Positions 1 through 11,428 of a stretch of DNA of 64,000 nt are shown piece after piece. The position numbers and the translations under genes are program-made. Source of the stretch: Rebecca billardiae RCC1528 (taxonomy: Eukaryota; Protista; Haptophyta); the NCBI GenBank assembly GCA_965240325.2, contig OZ251238.1, positions 682,001 to 746,000 on the forward strand, read 5' to 3'. The notes under the pieces are model-generated. The model was not told where the DNA came from. It was given only the letters and a program-made list of their open reading frames with translations, and searched no databases. The number at the start of each line of letters is the position of its first letter. Position 1 is the stretch's first letter.

Positions 1-2
1 GC

Positions 3-302
3 TGGCAGGCGTTTCTGGACGAGTCCAAGCGGCACGGCTGGCCCTCGTTCCGCACGAACGAGGTGGTGTGGGCGAATGTGCGCGTGCTGGGCAACGGCGA
101 GACGGTCTCGGTGAACGGCACGCACCTCGGGCACAACCTGCCGGACATGAAGGGGGCGCGGTTCTGTATCAACCTCGTGTCCGTCGCTGGGCATGCCCTC
201 GATGGTCGTGGCGACGACGAGCCGCCACCCGGCTTCGACGAGGATGGCGACGACGGCGACAGCGGTGGCGAGAGCGAGGAGGAGCAGGTTGCTGTGTCTT
301 AG
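3..302 (+). CDS. MsrB/SelR-like methionine sulfoxide reductase, 3' part (5' end outside window)
   Basis: Frame reads HGWPSFRTNEVVW...GTHLGHNLPD..GARFCINLVSV, matching the MsrB GWPSF, HLGH and RxCxN motifs; acidic tail. Confidence 0.75.
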   Translation, partial: WQAFLDESKRHGWPSFRTNEVVWANVRVLGNGETVSVNGTHLGHNLPDMKGARFCINLVSVAGHALDGRGDDEPPPGFDEDGDDGDSGGESEEEQVAVS

Positions 303-759
303 CTCGGCAGCAGCGTACGGTGTGCATCACGGTGTGACCGCCGCGCGGACTGTCACCGACCGTGCGACCGTTCAGTAGCGCAGCATCGCTGCGGAGCCGA
401 GCGGCCCACGTCGCCTGGCAGCCAGCGCAGCATCATGGCGGCCGCAGCGGCGCCGATTGCGGATTGGCCGGCGCGGCCGGCGACCGCGGGTCCGGGGCCC
501 GGCGCCGTGCGGCGGGCGCCCGCGCCGTGCCCTGTGGACCCTGTGCATCGCTGAGTGGCCCGGCCGCCGGCGGCCGCCACGTGCGGGCAGCATTGGCAGG
601 TGGCACACTGGCACTGAGGTAGTGTAAGTGGGCGGACCGATGGATGGGCCTTGAAGCGCGCTTCGCTGTAACCGGTGGAGACGCGTAGGTAGAGACGGTC
701 GTGGAGTACAATATTAATATTACGCGTCAGAACGACGGTACAATAGCTAGGGGCCCACG

Positions 760-2385
760 ATGGCGACAAGGCCTATGCCCTGGCGCAAGCGCCTTTTTGT
801 CGTGAAGGCTGGCCTAGCCGCGGGTGTCGGCGCGAGCATCGCGCTCATCCCCGCTGTGGGCGTGCTGGCGCGTGGCTATCAGGCGTGGCTCATGCTCGGC
901 GTCATTGGCCTTGCTGCGGGGCCAACACTCGGCGGCATTACCTCGAGGGGAGGTAATGTTCTCGCTGGAACGGCGGTGGCCGCGGCGCTGAGCGTGCCGT
1001 TTGAGCTCACATGCAGCACGCTGCCACTCGAGGCGGAGGCCGCTGTCATCGCCATCGCTATCACCAGCATGACCTCGCTCGGCATGCTGGCCATCATCCG
1101 CATGCGCACGGCCCCGTCGCTTGCCGCGTGGGAGTACGCCGCCGCCTCGTGTGTGCTCATCTTCGACATGCTGCTGGTCATGAACGTGATGGAGGGGAGC
1201 GCTGCCATCTCCGCCACGCGTGCAGGCGCTGTCGGCGCGGGCGTCGCCATCGGCGCGGTCTTCACGTTTGTGCTGCCGTACCGGGCAGTGGATGCGCTCC
1301 GGGATGACGTCGCCGACTCCCTTCGCGATGTGGCGCGCCTCGTGCCGCTCGTCACGGGCCACTTCACACAAGGTGTGCGAATCCCACCCGTACACGCGCT
1401 CATCACCGCCCGGCCCACCGCGGCGCCGGCTGCGGGGGCGGTCGACGCTGACCCGGCGCACACCCTCTTCCTGCGCCTCGTGGCTGGCCGTGAGCGCCAA
1501 GCCAAGCTGGGTTTTGAGGCCTCGTGGGAGCTCGGCCCGTTTTCGTGGCCTCGCGCGCTTCGCGGGGTGGCCCGCGCCGGCTCGCTGGCTGCAACGAGCA
1601 GCCCGTGCCCGTGCGCAGAGCGCCACACGACCGTGCCCCACCGGTGGCAGTACGCGCAGCTGGGCCGAGCCGTGCGCGCGCTGGCCTACGTCTCGCTGAG
1701 CATCGACGCGCACAACCGCACGTACGAGCAGGCACGCGCAGCAGGCGGCAGCAGCGAAGCGTGGGCGCCGCCACGGCCAGCATCGCAGTTCGAGGACGTG
1801 CCGGAGTTCCGCGCCCTCGTCCTGGCGCTGGAGGACCTGGCTGCAGCGATGGCGGCTTCTCTCGAGGCCGCCGCCGACGTGCTTGACGCCTCGGCGGCGG
1901 GCGGCGGCGCGGAGGTGCGAGGCGCGTGCGAACGGGCGCTGCATGGCGTGCACGGCTCAGGGAGCAGCGCAGCCACGGAGTCGTGCGCTGTGCCAGTACG
2001 CCTAGTCACGACATGTGCGGCGGTGGAGATGCGACTCGCAGCTTGGATCGCGAGAGCTGCCGCGCCGACTCCGCCAACAGCAGGTGGCGCGACGATTCAA
2101 GACGCCATCGGCTCGGCGCATGTGTCATCCGTGGCAGCGCTCATGCTGGAGATGGCGCATGTGCGATTGGCGCATGTTGGCGAACTTCTCGACGAGATCG
2201 TCGTGCGCTCGAGCCAATCGGAGGGCATTGTGCTGCCTTCCCACGCCGGCGAGGACGGAGTCGATGGCAGCGTGAGGGCTGTGTTCCACGATGCTCGGGA
2301 CAGTACAGGTGTCGAGGATGGTGCTGGCCCAAGACAGAGTGCTGCCATGGCACCCGGCTCATCATGCAGTGTCAGTCAGCATTGA
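760..2385 (+). CDS. ALMT/FUSC-like membrane transporter
   Basis: 541 aa; about 6 N-terminal hydrophobic helices ending in FVLPYRA..LR; helical C-domain with ASWE; layout typical of ALMT/FUSC. Confidence 0.65.
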   Translation: MATRPMPWRKRLFVVKAGLAAGVGASIALIPAVGVLARGYQAWLMLGVIGLAAGPTLGGITSRGGNVLAGTAVAAALSVPFELTCSTLPLEAEAAVIAIAITSMTSLGMLAIIRMRTAPSLAAWEYAAASCVLIFDMLLVMNVMEGSAAISATRAGAVGAGVAIGAVFTFVLPYRAVDALRDDVADSLRDVARLVPLVTGHFTQGVRIPPVHALITARPTAAPAAGAVDADPAHTLFLRLVAGRERQAKLGFEASWELGPFSWPRALRGVARAGSLAATSSPCPCAERHTTVPHRWQYAQLGRAVRALAYVSLSIDAHNRTYEQARAAGGSSEAWAPPRPASQFEDVPEFRALVLALEDLAAAMAASLEAAADVLDASAAGGGAEVRGACERALHGVHGSGSSAATESCAVPVRLVTTCAAVEMRLAAWIARAAAPTPPTAGGATIQDAIGSAHVSSVAALMLEMAHVRLAHVGELLDEIVVRSSQSEGIVLPSHAGEDGVDGSVRAVFHDARDSTGVEDGAGPRQSAAMAPGSSCSVSQH

Positions 2386-2739
2386 TGTGATTGAGTAATT
2401 TTAAGACTCATTGAGCCCGATGCTCAGACGATGCCGCGTCAGTATGAGTAATCGACGCGCGATAGATTCCGATGACACCGGTGACTCGTGAACCGTAGTC
2501 ACGTTTTAGAGGACGCGCATCTGGCCCTCACGGCCTGGTGTTGGCGTGCATCCCGGTCACCGTGCTGCCACTCTGGCGCCCCGCCTCGCCGGCAGTAGTT
2601 GGTGCTGTTGAGTCGTCAGCGGGCGCGGCAGAGTACCGTGGCCCCGCGGACTTGCTCCACCCTAGGTGGGGCAGATGGTGCGGGGTGCGACGAGCCCGGG
2701 GGCCAGGTTCCCCAGCATCAAGCACTGCATCTGCAGCAG

Positions 2740-2970
2740 CCCGCCGGCGGGCCGGGCTGCGACGTCAGCTACGGCAACAACCTCATCTGCTTCATCGCCC
2801 AGAGCGCACTAGGCGGCGCGCTAACCCGCTCCGCAAGCCCCGTTACCACGGGCCGGCACGCGGCGACGCGTACTACGACCTCATCCTCATCCAGGCGCTC
2901 ACGCGGGCGCCCGGGGGCGACAGCCGCGGCTTGTCCCCGCAGCTGCTCGCCGTCTGCCGTCGCCGCCGCG
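2740..2970 (+). repeat. Dispersed degenerate repeat/gene fragment, copy 1 (copy 2 at about 21940-22410)
   Basis: Shares CCGGCGGGCCGGGCTGCGACGTC, GCTTCATCGCCCAGAGCGCACTAGGCGGCGCGCT and CTACGACCTCAT.CTCATCCAGGCGC with the second copy. Confidence 0.8.
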
Positions 2971-3515
2971 TGCCCCAATCATATCATGTTTGTATCGGAG
3001 TACAGCCTAATCTGAATTTTGGCCGCTCTCAGATCCATGTGATACCCGCCCGGTCTATTAATCATATCAGGCTTGCGCGGGTTCAACAGCACATCCGTAT
3101 GTATCATGTGCTCTAGTTCAGACTGTCATCGGACCACTTGTGTCATATTTCCTGCGAGATTCGAGCGCGCCTTCGAGAATCATATTTACCCATTGACTCC
3201 TCGGCTTCAGAGTGCGACGAAGCGGTGGGAGTTGCGATGAGCAATTTTGCTTGAATATAGCCATCTTGCCTGATCATTTGAAACCTATCGGATAAGAGAG
3301 GATCGGTAGTATCGATCAGGGTCGTTTGGAGTTCATCAGTCAACACCAATTGCCAAGTGTGATCTTTGAGTTGCCTCCGCAGGCGATTCACGCCGTTTGA
3401 GAGAGAGTTTTAAGAGAGGAGATACTTGATTCGGGCAAGGGCCGGTGACTCCTCTCAGTCAGCAGGCGGATTGCGGCAGCGACGCAGCGAGGTGTGCCGT
3501 GCAAGTGCCAATCGA

Positions 3516-4956
3516 ATGCGCGGCGACGCGCTTCCGACGCCGGCTTCGGCTGCTGGGCGTGGGGCCGGCAGACGCAGCGCAGAGGCTGCCCCTGACGGGA
3601 TCGGCGCCCCCGGCCCCGCAGAGTCAGCGGTCCCTGCTGCCAGTGCTCCCCCGGACGGGCGCGCACCAGGCCCAGCGGACACATCGAGCACACCCTCGAG
3701 GGGCATGCCCAGTGACACACCGAGCGGAGATGCTACGACGTCACGCGCGCCGCGCGAGGTCGACAGCCAGCCCACAGCGACGGCACAGAGCGCAGCCGCC
3801 GCCGGCAGCCCCGCAGCTGCCCCTGCGAACGAGCCAGCCCCGAAGCGGCAGCGCAAACACGGCATCGCATACAAGGGCGTGTACGCATGCAAGGTGGGCA
3901 CTCGCAGCTACTGGCAGGTGCGTGCGTGCAGAGGGGCGACGCTTCGAGGCACGCCGCGTGGCTGGCTGGGAATGGCCATGCCCACCGTGACGGAAACTGC
4001 GGATCACACGCTCACGCATCGCGCGCCCTCGTGCGCGCCCCGGGCCCACACGCACACAGGCGCAAATCTCGATCAACGGCGGCACGGTGCACCTCGGCGT
4101 CTTCTCGACCGCCGAGGACGCGGCGCGCGCGTACGACGCGCAGGCGCGTGCGCTCGGGCGTCGGCCGAACTTCGACGACGACAGCGCGCCAATGTCGGCG
4201 TCAAGTGGTGCGGAGCGAGGCGGGGCTGGCGCCGGCGGCCATGCGAGGCATGTGCAGGTGATGCCACACGCGTCGACGGCTGGCATGCAGATGGGCGTGC
4301 CCGTGCCTTCGCACCCCGTACATCCCAAGGTCGAGGCGCACCTGCGCGATATACAGGGCGCGCAGCGTGGGTCGCAGCCCCAGGCACGCGTGATCAGCCA
4401 GCTCGACCCCTCCAAGCTGAGCGCCTTCTGGAAGGGGACCACCTCGCTGCACTTCACGTCGGAGCAGTGCGCGCCGCCGCCGGACTCGCCTGGGGCTGGC
4501 TACGTGTGCGCGCAGCAGTCCGGCTTTCCGACGCAGCAGCACGTCGGGGCTGGCTACGTGTGCGCGCATCAGCAGCACTCGCAGCAGGCTACTCCCCATC
4601 ATCATCCACACGCGCAGCCGCTGTCGGGCGTGTACACAGCCCAGCCTGTGCGGCAGCAGGGGCAGCTGATGGGCCCGCCTCCGCCACGCCACGGGGGGTT
4701 GTTGCACACTGGCCCCGTGCACCTTGAGCACGGGCCGTACGGGCCCAGCGGCGTGCTCTACCAGCAGGCGCCGACGGATGCCGATGCCGCTGCAGATGCG
4801 AGGCGCACGCAGCAGCAGCCATTGCAGCCACACCCCGCCTACGCCGAGGCCGCTGCGGGCACTCGGCTCGACACGGCGGCGCTGTCGTCCATCGCGATGG
4901 CCGTGCCCATGCCACAAGCACCTCTTCTACAAGAGCAGCAATGGCACCGCATGTGA
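3516..4956 (+). CDS. AP2/ERF-domain transcription factor (exons 3516-3917, 4060-4956)
   Basis: Removing GT-AG intron 3918-4059 joins YKGVYACKVGTRSYWQ to AQISINGGTVHLGVFSTAEDAARAYDAQARALG..NF (AP2 domain); NLS-like PKRQRK; Q/H/P-rich C-terminus. Confidence 0.85.
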
Positions 4957-5509
4957 TCGCCGTGCAGTCTCGCAGCACCGTGCGCTCAGCCGCACCGGCG
5001 ACTTGCCGATCCGGGCGTGGATGGCGCGGAGTGCGCGTGACCACCGGACTTGGCGGGCGGTTGGCCTCGCGAGTCGCGGGCTCGGCTGCGACGTAATCAC
5101 GATGTGGCTGTGTGTGAGTGTCACACTGACCGGTAGCGACGTACTGTAGTCTGACCATTGGTGACTGGGGACCATAGTGGCTGTCCGCGCATCACGATGC
5201 GATCGATGCCTCAGGGTCGTGATGACCTGCTGTACATGGTCGACTTGCGCGCACACTTATACTAATACTACCACTGATGATTACATCCGACTCGGTCACT
5301 GCTCGAGCGGGGTCAAGCGCTGACGGAGGCTGAGTGAAGCGCCATACCGTACGTAGCGTTACAATACCGTTGCAGTACGAGCGATAGCTAACTAACCGCT
5401 GCACACTTGGTTCGGCATGGGCGCGCGGCTGCAGTGGAGGCGAGCACCCGAAAAGGTCGCCGCCACCAGAGCGCGCCAAACGTAATTACGTCGACGCGCG
5501 ATCGCCATC

Positions 5510-7018
5510 ATGCCGAGGAGCATCGTCATCGTGACACTGCTCTGTGCGCTGCACGCGCCGATGAGCGCGCGGGCCAGCGCGCTCGCTCGTCCGCAGCTCG
5601 CGCTGCGTGGGCTGCCACGGCAGTCGCCGCGGCGCCTCTCGCCATCGATCAGCCACGCGCGCCGCGCGGCTCAGCCCGTGGCGAGCAGCGTCGCCGCCGT
5701 CGGCGAGCCGCGCCCGGAGCCAGCGCGTGCGCTCGTGGACGCTGGGCGCACGGTGGGCTCCCTCGGCCTCATCACGGGCATTGACCGCGCCCTCGCTGCC
5801 CTCTTTACCGCCGCTGGCATCGGCTTCCCGCCGACGCTCTTCGGCATGGCGGGCGTCTTTGCGCTGCTGTGTGCTGCGCGCGCACAGTCGGAGTCGCTCG
5901 CAGAGGCGCTGGCGGGCGTGCTGCGCCCCGGCTGCGCGTGGCTCACGCGGTGGATGGCCGTCTTCTTCGCGCCCTCCCTCGTGGCGCTGCCCGCCGTGCT
6001 CGCCGCCATCGGCCCCGCCGAGGCCGCGAAGCTGCCGGTGATCCTTCTCTCCGGGTTCTTTCTGACCCTCTTCAGCACGGCGGCCATGCTGAAGGCGGTG
6101 CCGGCCACGGCGGGGGACGTGAGCGCCGCGGGGCCGCCCGCCGTGCGCACGGGCCGCCCGCTGCTCGTGCCCGCGCTCAGCGCCGCGTGGGTCGCCTCCG
6201 CGGCCGCCGTGTGCGCCCGGCGCGCGGCGGAGGGCGCGCTCGCACCGAGCTGCGCACCGGTGCAGCTGCTGCTGGGGTGCACCACCGTCCTGCTCTTCCG
6301 CGCGGCCGAGCTGCTGCCCGCGCGCGTGCGCGCCGTGGCGCACCCGACGCTGCTCGCCGCGGGCGGCACGCTCGCCTTCGCCACCGCCACCGCGCGCGCC
6401 GTGCTCGCGCCAGCCGCCGCCGGCACCGCCGCACCCGGGGTCGCCCTTCTCGCAGCGTATGCAAGTCGTGCGGCGGGCGCGCTCGGCGGCGGCGGCTTGC
6501 TGGCGTCGATTTTGCCGCTGACGGTGCTCGGCCTCGCGCTGCAGCTGTACGACCGGCGCGCGCAGCTGGCGCAGGAGGCGCCGCGCATCGCGATCTCCGG
6601 CTTCTCCGGCCTGCTCACGGGCATCGTCGCCACCGGGCTGCTGGGGCGCGCCCTCGGCCTGTCGGGCGGCGTCGCGCGCGCGCTGCTGCCGCGCTGCGTG
6701 ACCGCGCCGCTCGCCCACCTCTCTGCGACCGCGCTCGGCGCGAACTCGAACGCGGCGGTGGGCGCGGTGGTGCTCACCGGCCTCCTGGGCGCCAACTTTG
6801 GGCAGCAGCTCCTCCGTGCCGTGGGCGTGACCGACGCGGTCTGCGTCGGCCTGTGCATGGGCACGTCTGCGCACGGGCTCGGCACGGCCGCGCTCAGCGC
6901 GTGGCCTGAGGCTCTCGCCTTCTCCGCAATCGCGCTCGCCATCAACGGCCTGCTCACCGCCTCGCTGCTCGTGAGCCCGATCGGCCAGGCGCTCGCGCGC
7001 ATGCTGCTCGGTGCGTAG
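5510..7018 (+). CDS. LrgB-family (CidA+LrgB fusion) plastid transporter, PLGG1-like
   Basis: Signal peptide plus R/S/A-rich transit-like region; W+A+FFAPSLV.LP (LrgA-like); PRCVTAPLA, TGLLGA, G+.+GTSAHGLGTAAL (LrgB motifs). Confidence 0.85.
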   Translation: MPRSIVIVTLLCALHAPMSARASALARPQLALRGLPRQSPRRLSPSISHARRAAQPVASSVAAVGEPRPEPARALVDAGRTVGSLGLITGIDRALAALFTAAGIGFPPTLFGMAGVFALLCAARAQSESLAEALAGVLRPGCAWLTRWMAVFFAPSLVALPAVLAAIGPAEAAKLPVILLSGFFLTLFSTAAMLKAVPATAGDVSAAGPPAVRTGRPLLVPALSAAWVASAAAVCARRAAEGALAPSCAPVQLLLGCTTVLLFRAAELLPARVRAVAHPTLLAAGGTLAFATATARAVLAPAAAGTAAPGVALLAAYASRAAGALGGGGLLASILPLTVLGLALQLYDRRAQLAQEAPRIAISGFSGLLTGIVATGLLGRALGLSGGVARALLPRCVTAPLAHLSATALGANSNAAVGAVVLTGLLGANFGQQLLRAVGVTDAVCVGLCMGTSAHGLGTAALSAWPEALAFSAIALAINGLLTASLLVSPIGQALARMLLGA

Positions 7019-7325
7019 CTTAGCGCGTACTGCAGCCAGAATACTGCTACTCGTCAACTCGATACTGTGTGAGTGTGTCGTACGGTGTCGTCGTGCCGTA
7101 TCCGTCGAATCCCGCATCGCCCCGCCGCCATCAATCATCATCATGCGCAGCGCGTGCGCGCAATATATTAATGCCGCCGAGTCGTCGTCATCATCGTCAT
7201 CATCGATCACGGGACACGGGCACGGCGGTGGCCATCGGCCCATCACTCGATGGCATGACGATGACGCCGCGCGGTAGTCGTATCCCGGCCGAAAATACTA
7301 AATAGTCCGACTGTGTGAGAGTCTA

Positions 7326-7783
7326 GAGGGGTCAGAGCCCCACTGGGGGGTGCGTGATGGCCCAAAATCCAACTTCCTGTCGTCTTGAGATGAGGCTCTC
7401 AAACTTCGGGATGTCAATATTCGCCTGAAATGAGCTGTGGGCCTGGGGTCACGCTGACAAGAGTTTGCGAAAAAATGTCACATACTGCTATGGAGATATA
7501 CGACCTCAATCTCGACGCGATCTCGGCAACATTAGTAGGGGAGATACACGATCTCCAAGGTGATGTCGCTATTTGCACCAGAATCGCACCGTCTAGATCA
7601 CATTTTGGCAGTCTGAAATTGGCACGTAGGCGGATTCTACACCCTGGAATTAGGCCTTAACGCCTACTAACTAGTTCGTCCAAGTAAATACCCTTATACC
7701 CGTGTGATAGTTCATATGCTAAGAGATTTCGGGAGATTGTGCTGGCACCCGAGCCAGTGTAACGGTCGGAGCTCTGACCCCAC
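7326..7783. mobile_element. MITE-like element, 13-bp TIR, flanked by TA
   Basis: TA-GAGGGGTCAGAGC ... GCTCTGACCCCAC-TA (1 mismatch); 458 bp, lower GC, no credible ORF. Confidence 0.55.
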
Positions 7784-7861
7784 TACACAGTGTGAGACTG
7801 TGATGCTGACGACGATGATGACGCGACGAGCGGAGCCGCCTATATCATCAACAGCAGTGCT

Positions 7862-10800
7862 GGCTCTGGCTCCGGTTGACCCCTGCCAGTCCGTCATAGA
7901 AACCGGGCGTACCGAAAATGATCTTCCCATTCCTGCGGCCGAATGAACGCCCGAAGTGTCCCACAGGGCTCCAAGTAGGGTTACTATGGATGGCCAATAA
8001 GTGCCCAGGGTGTGAAACTTTAACTCAGTTTGTGACTACTTCAGACTCTATTTTTCATAGTTATTTACCCAGTCCGGTGACATATTTCCAATAGCTACGG
8101 GTGCATCCGGATCGCGCTGCGTTCCTGAGCCGCAGCGCCAGAATTACGCGAGATCAGAGAACCTTTCTTTCCTCCCACGCGCGCCATTGGTCGAGACGTC
8201 GCTGAAGGGGGCCGAAAGTTGAGCAGCGGGTAACCTTCTGCTAATGACGTGAGTAAGTCTCGCCGTAGTGGGCCCAAAATTGCAACCTATGACTTTCGCT
8301 TGATCGTCCGATCTCTCGAACATCTGCCCCGAAGCGTCGCTTTTGTGAGGATACACAGCAGCATCTCTCCATCGGTTGATCCTGCAGGCCCTCAACGCTC
8401 CTAGACCCTTCGTCGGCGGACGATCTACGAGTGGCGACAGGCGACGCCTCCCCGGCACACTAGTACGAGGTCGATGGCGAACAAACGCTCGTGCACGGAC
8501 TAGGGGATGTTTGAGTGCGCGTAGCCTCGCTCGATACGACTGCGGGCAGGCGCGGCCGACGCAGTCCCGGCAGCTCCTGTTGTTTCTGCCTGCCACGCCT
8601 GCGCCGTTCATCATCCGTGCCGCGCGTGGCCCGACAACTTGCCAGCGCCGCCGACAAGTTGGTGATCGAAGGGCGCGATTTGAAGGTTCAGCCACCACTC
8701 AGGTGGGCATCCCGGGCCCACTTTGAGTTGTCTTCGATGCTGCCCACCGCGCTGCTCTCGACAGCCTGCGTGCCCTCGTGACAGCGCGCGCGTCCCGGCA
8801 GCTGCACGGTGCGGCATGTCGGCATGGCTTGCTCAGTCGCTCTTCACCTCTGCAGTGCAGAGGATGGGCCACAGCGATTACAGCGATATTGCGGTCGGTG
8901 GCAACGAGCATACTTCTCATGACCGCCGCCGCCGCGTGCCGCAGCTACCCGCCACCGGACGTGCTGCATCACACGTCGATGCTCATGGCTCATTAGACAG
9001 GATCTCACGCTCATCTGTGGGCACCGTTGTACGTGCGGCATGGCAAAGCCCTACTGACTTGGATGTGTGGATGCGTCGGCACGGCGGCAGTCGTCAGTGG
9101 CAGTGCTTGGCTCTGTGTCGCAGACGTGGCGCGGCGCCTGGCGCAGTCACGACGCACTCGTTGACCGGGCCACGCGCTGTCTCGGACACTGGACGGCGCG
9201 GCTCCGAGCAACACTCGCTCGCCGCTGGGCCTGGGCCTGCCGGCCCACAGGGCCTGGGCCGCCTCTGCCCACGCCGAGGCCTGGCCTGGCCTAAGACGGT
9301 AAGACCCCGGGTCACATAGCACGACGGCTCAGTGCCGCTGCCCTCTGGACCAGTGGCGGTGCTGCTCTGCCGGCTCGGGGCGACCCGCTCGCGCCACAGG
9401 CCATGGCAGCGCTCATCGACTCAAACGTGCCGCCGACTCGCGCTCAGCTTCATGGCTGACGGGCTGCGCGAAGCGTCGGCGCTACCGAGAACAGTCGTGC
9501 GCCCTACCCTCTATGCGCCTGCGATCATACGTACTCCGAAGCAGCGCCAGACATGGACGGTGGGCGGTCTCAGCGCCGCGGCGGCACCGCGGGGCGCGCA
9601 GCGCATCGGTGCGCGCCCGGTCATGCATCACCGCGAGCCGCAGAGTCTGAGCCCGAGGAGGCGGAGGACGGCCGGACTCCGGTGGCGCCGCTGGAATGTC
9701 ACATGTGGTGCGGTTCATCGGAGTCAGGATATTCGATCACAGACACGGTCGTCACTACGGTACAGTCGTCATCATGCATTTAGCGCAGCATGCCGCGTAT
9801 AGCGTGACTCACCTTAGTCATTGGGTCCGCGGGCGCGTGCTGACTGCTGCATCATCAGTATTCAGCCGTGCATATAATGGCAATGCTGTCAAGTGTCAGC
9901 ATCAGCTGCGCGCGCACGGACAGACGGTCAACGGAACCTTAGCCGCGTGCCCGTTAGTGAATAGTGCGGACGGTCCGCAGTATCGAGTGATGAGCAGTAG
10001 TCTTATAAAGCCCCGCGCCCGGTACGTTACTACGTACCGAGGCTCCGTAGTAAATGTTGCAGTGACTGGGCCCGGCGGGCGTGCGCCGGCAACACGCCGA
10101 CGGCTGACCCGGCTACGCCTCCAGTCTGAGTCGCAGATTACGGGCGCCCGCGCACTGGCAGCGGTCGAGCCGACTGGATTGTCAGAGTTAGTCAGCGAGT
10201 CGAGCCGCGGGCGCCGGCCAAGGCGGTACGGGCGGTACAGGCATTGCGTGCGCTCGCGTGCAGCCCCCGGAGCCAGCCTGGGGCTCCGAGGGTGTGCTTG
10301 CAGCTGGTGCGTGACCTTACGAGTACTGCACACCGCTTGTTGACACTGCACGCCAAGCCGATCGAAGGCACAACGTGAGGATGTGAACTGGCGGCAGCTT
10401 TCTGCGGATCTGGGCCGTGACCTCTGTAGGCGCGTGGGCACAGAGTGTCCGACGGCGAGGAAAGAGCTCGAGTGGCCGCTATCGGGGCCGAATAGGAAAC
10501 GTGCGACTCGCCGTACATCGCACGCCGACTGCTGGCAGGCTCGCCCCCCCCGCCCGCACCTGCACGATCAGCGTCAGGAGCAATGATTGCGGAGTGCGCA
10601 TTAGCCGCAGAAGAGGACCAGGTGCGCACGCGCGTGTGCAAGCAAAGGGCGACGCCCAATGTGGACCTACGAAGGTGTGCACGCGGCTGACACTGAGCGC
10701 TGATGTCCCTGGACCCGCGCGAGAGCTCCTCAGCCACGCCAATGTCGCAGAGACTCTCTGGCGGCCTGGCCTGGCCGGGCTGCGTTCGAAGCCCTGCCGC

Positions 10801-11250
10801 CCGCCGACGACCGGCGACAAAACACTCTCGTCTTGGCCTCTTGAACCCTCGGTGGCAATCTCTCGCGATCCGCCTCGCCCGCATAGCACGGCTTTGGGCT
10901 CGTTCGCTCATCAATCGAAGACCGCCAACCGATGCGGGTGCGCTGAAAATGCGATTCTTCGTATGTGAACAATTCCGCGGCTTTATTCTCGCGTAATTCT
11001 GGCGCTGGGGCTCAGGAACGCAGCGGCACCCGGACCGTGTTCTGACCAGAGTCTGAAATGGGTAAATACATAGTAAAAATAGAGTCTGAACTATAGAGGA
11101 AGTGCTTGTTGGCCCAATATCGCTCTGAAGTCATCATCTATAGGCATCCATTGAGGTCCTCCTGTGCAGTTTTCACGAGTGACTTCATGAAGGAGCTCAC
11201 AGTGCCCGTCTCTGGCAGGGGTCTGAACCGAACTGTCCGAAGCCAGAGCC
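7862..11250. mobile_element. TIR element family A, copy A1 (non-autonomous), TSD TGCT
   Basis: Left end GGCTCTGGCTCCGGTTGACCCCTGCCAG; right end CTGGCAGGGGTC...CCGAAGCCAGAGCC; TGCT at 7858-7861 and 11251-11254; both ends homologous to the ends of 54443-57809. Confidence 0.85.
8040..11090. repeat. Inner inverted-repeat pair of A1 (8040-8071/11059-11090 and 8115-8153/10987-11025)
   Basis: TTCAGACTCTATTTTT...TATTTACCCA inverted; 39-bp CGCTGCGTTCCTGAGCC(G/C)CAGCGCCAGAATTACGCGAGA inverted with 1 mismatch. Confidence 0.85.
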
Positions 11251-11428
11251 TGCTCAGCAGTCAACTAATTACAACGGCTCACTCGCTCAAGATCGACCCA
11301 ATAAGACAGACAAGCAGAGTAGTGCTGCTGCATGCTGTGCTGCATGCTCAGCAGCAGTCATATATCGTCGGCGTCACGTACTACGTAGGTCTACGCTCGT
11401 GTGAACACCCAGTCCGACCTGCACGAGT

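Noticed and set aside
5486-7246. Long antisense and alternate-frame ORFs (also 11762-13654, 34045-35901, 43602-45863, 49240-51462, 51553-53892)
   Set aside because: R/A/G/P-rich shadow frames of real genes, expected at this GC content
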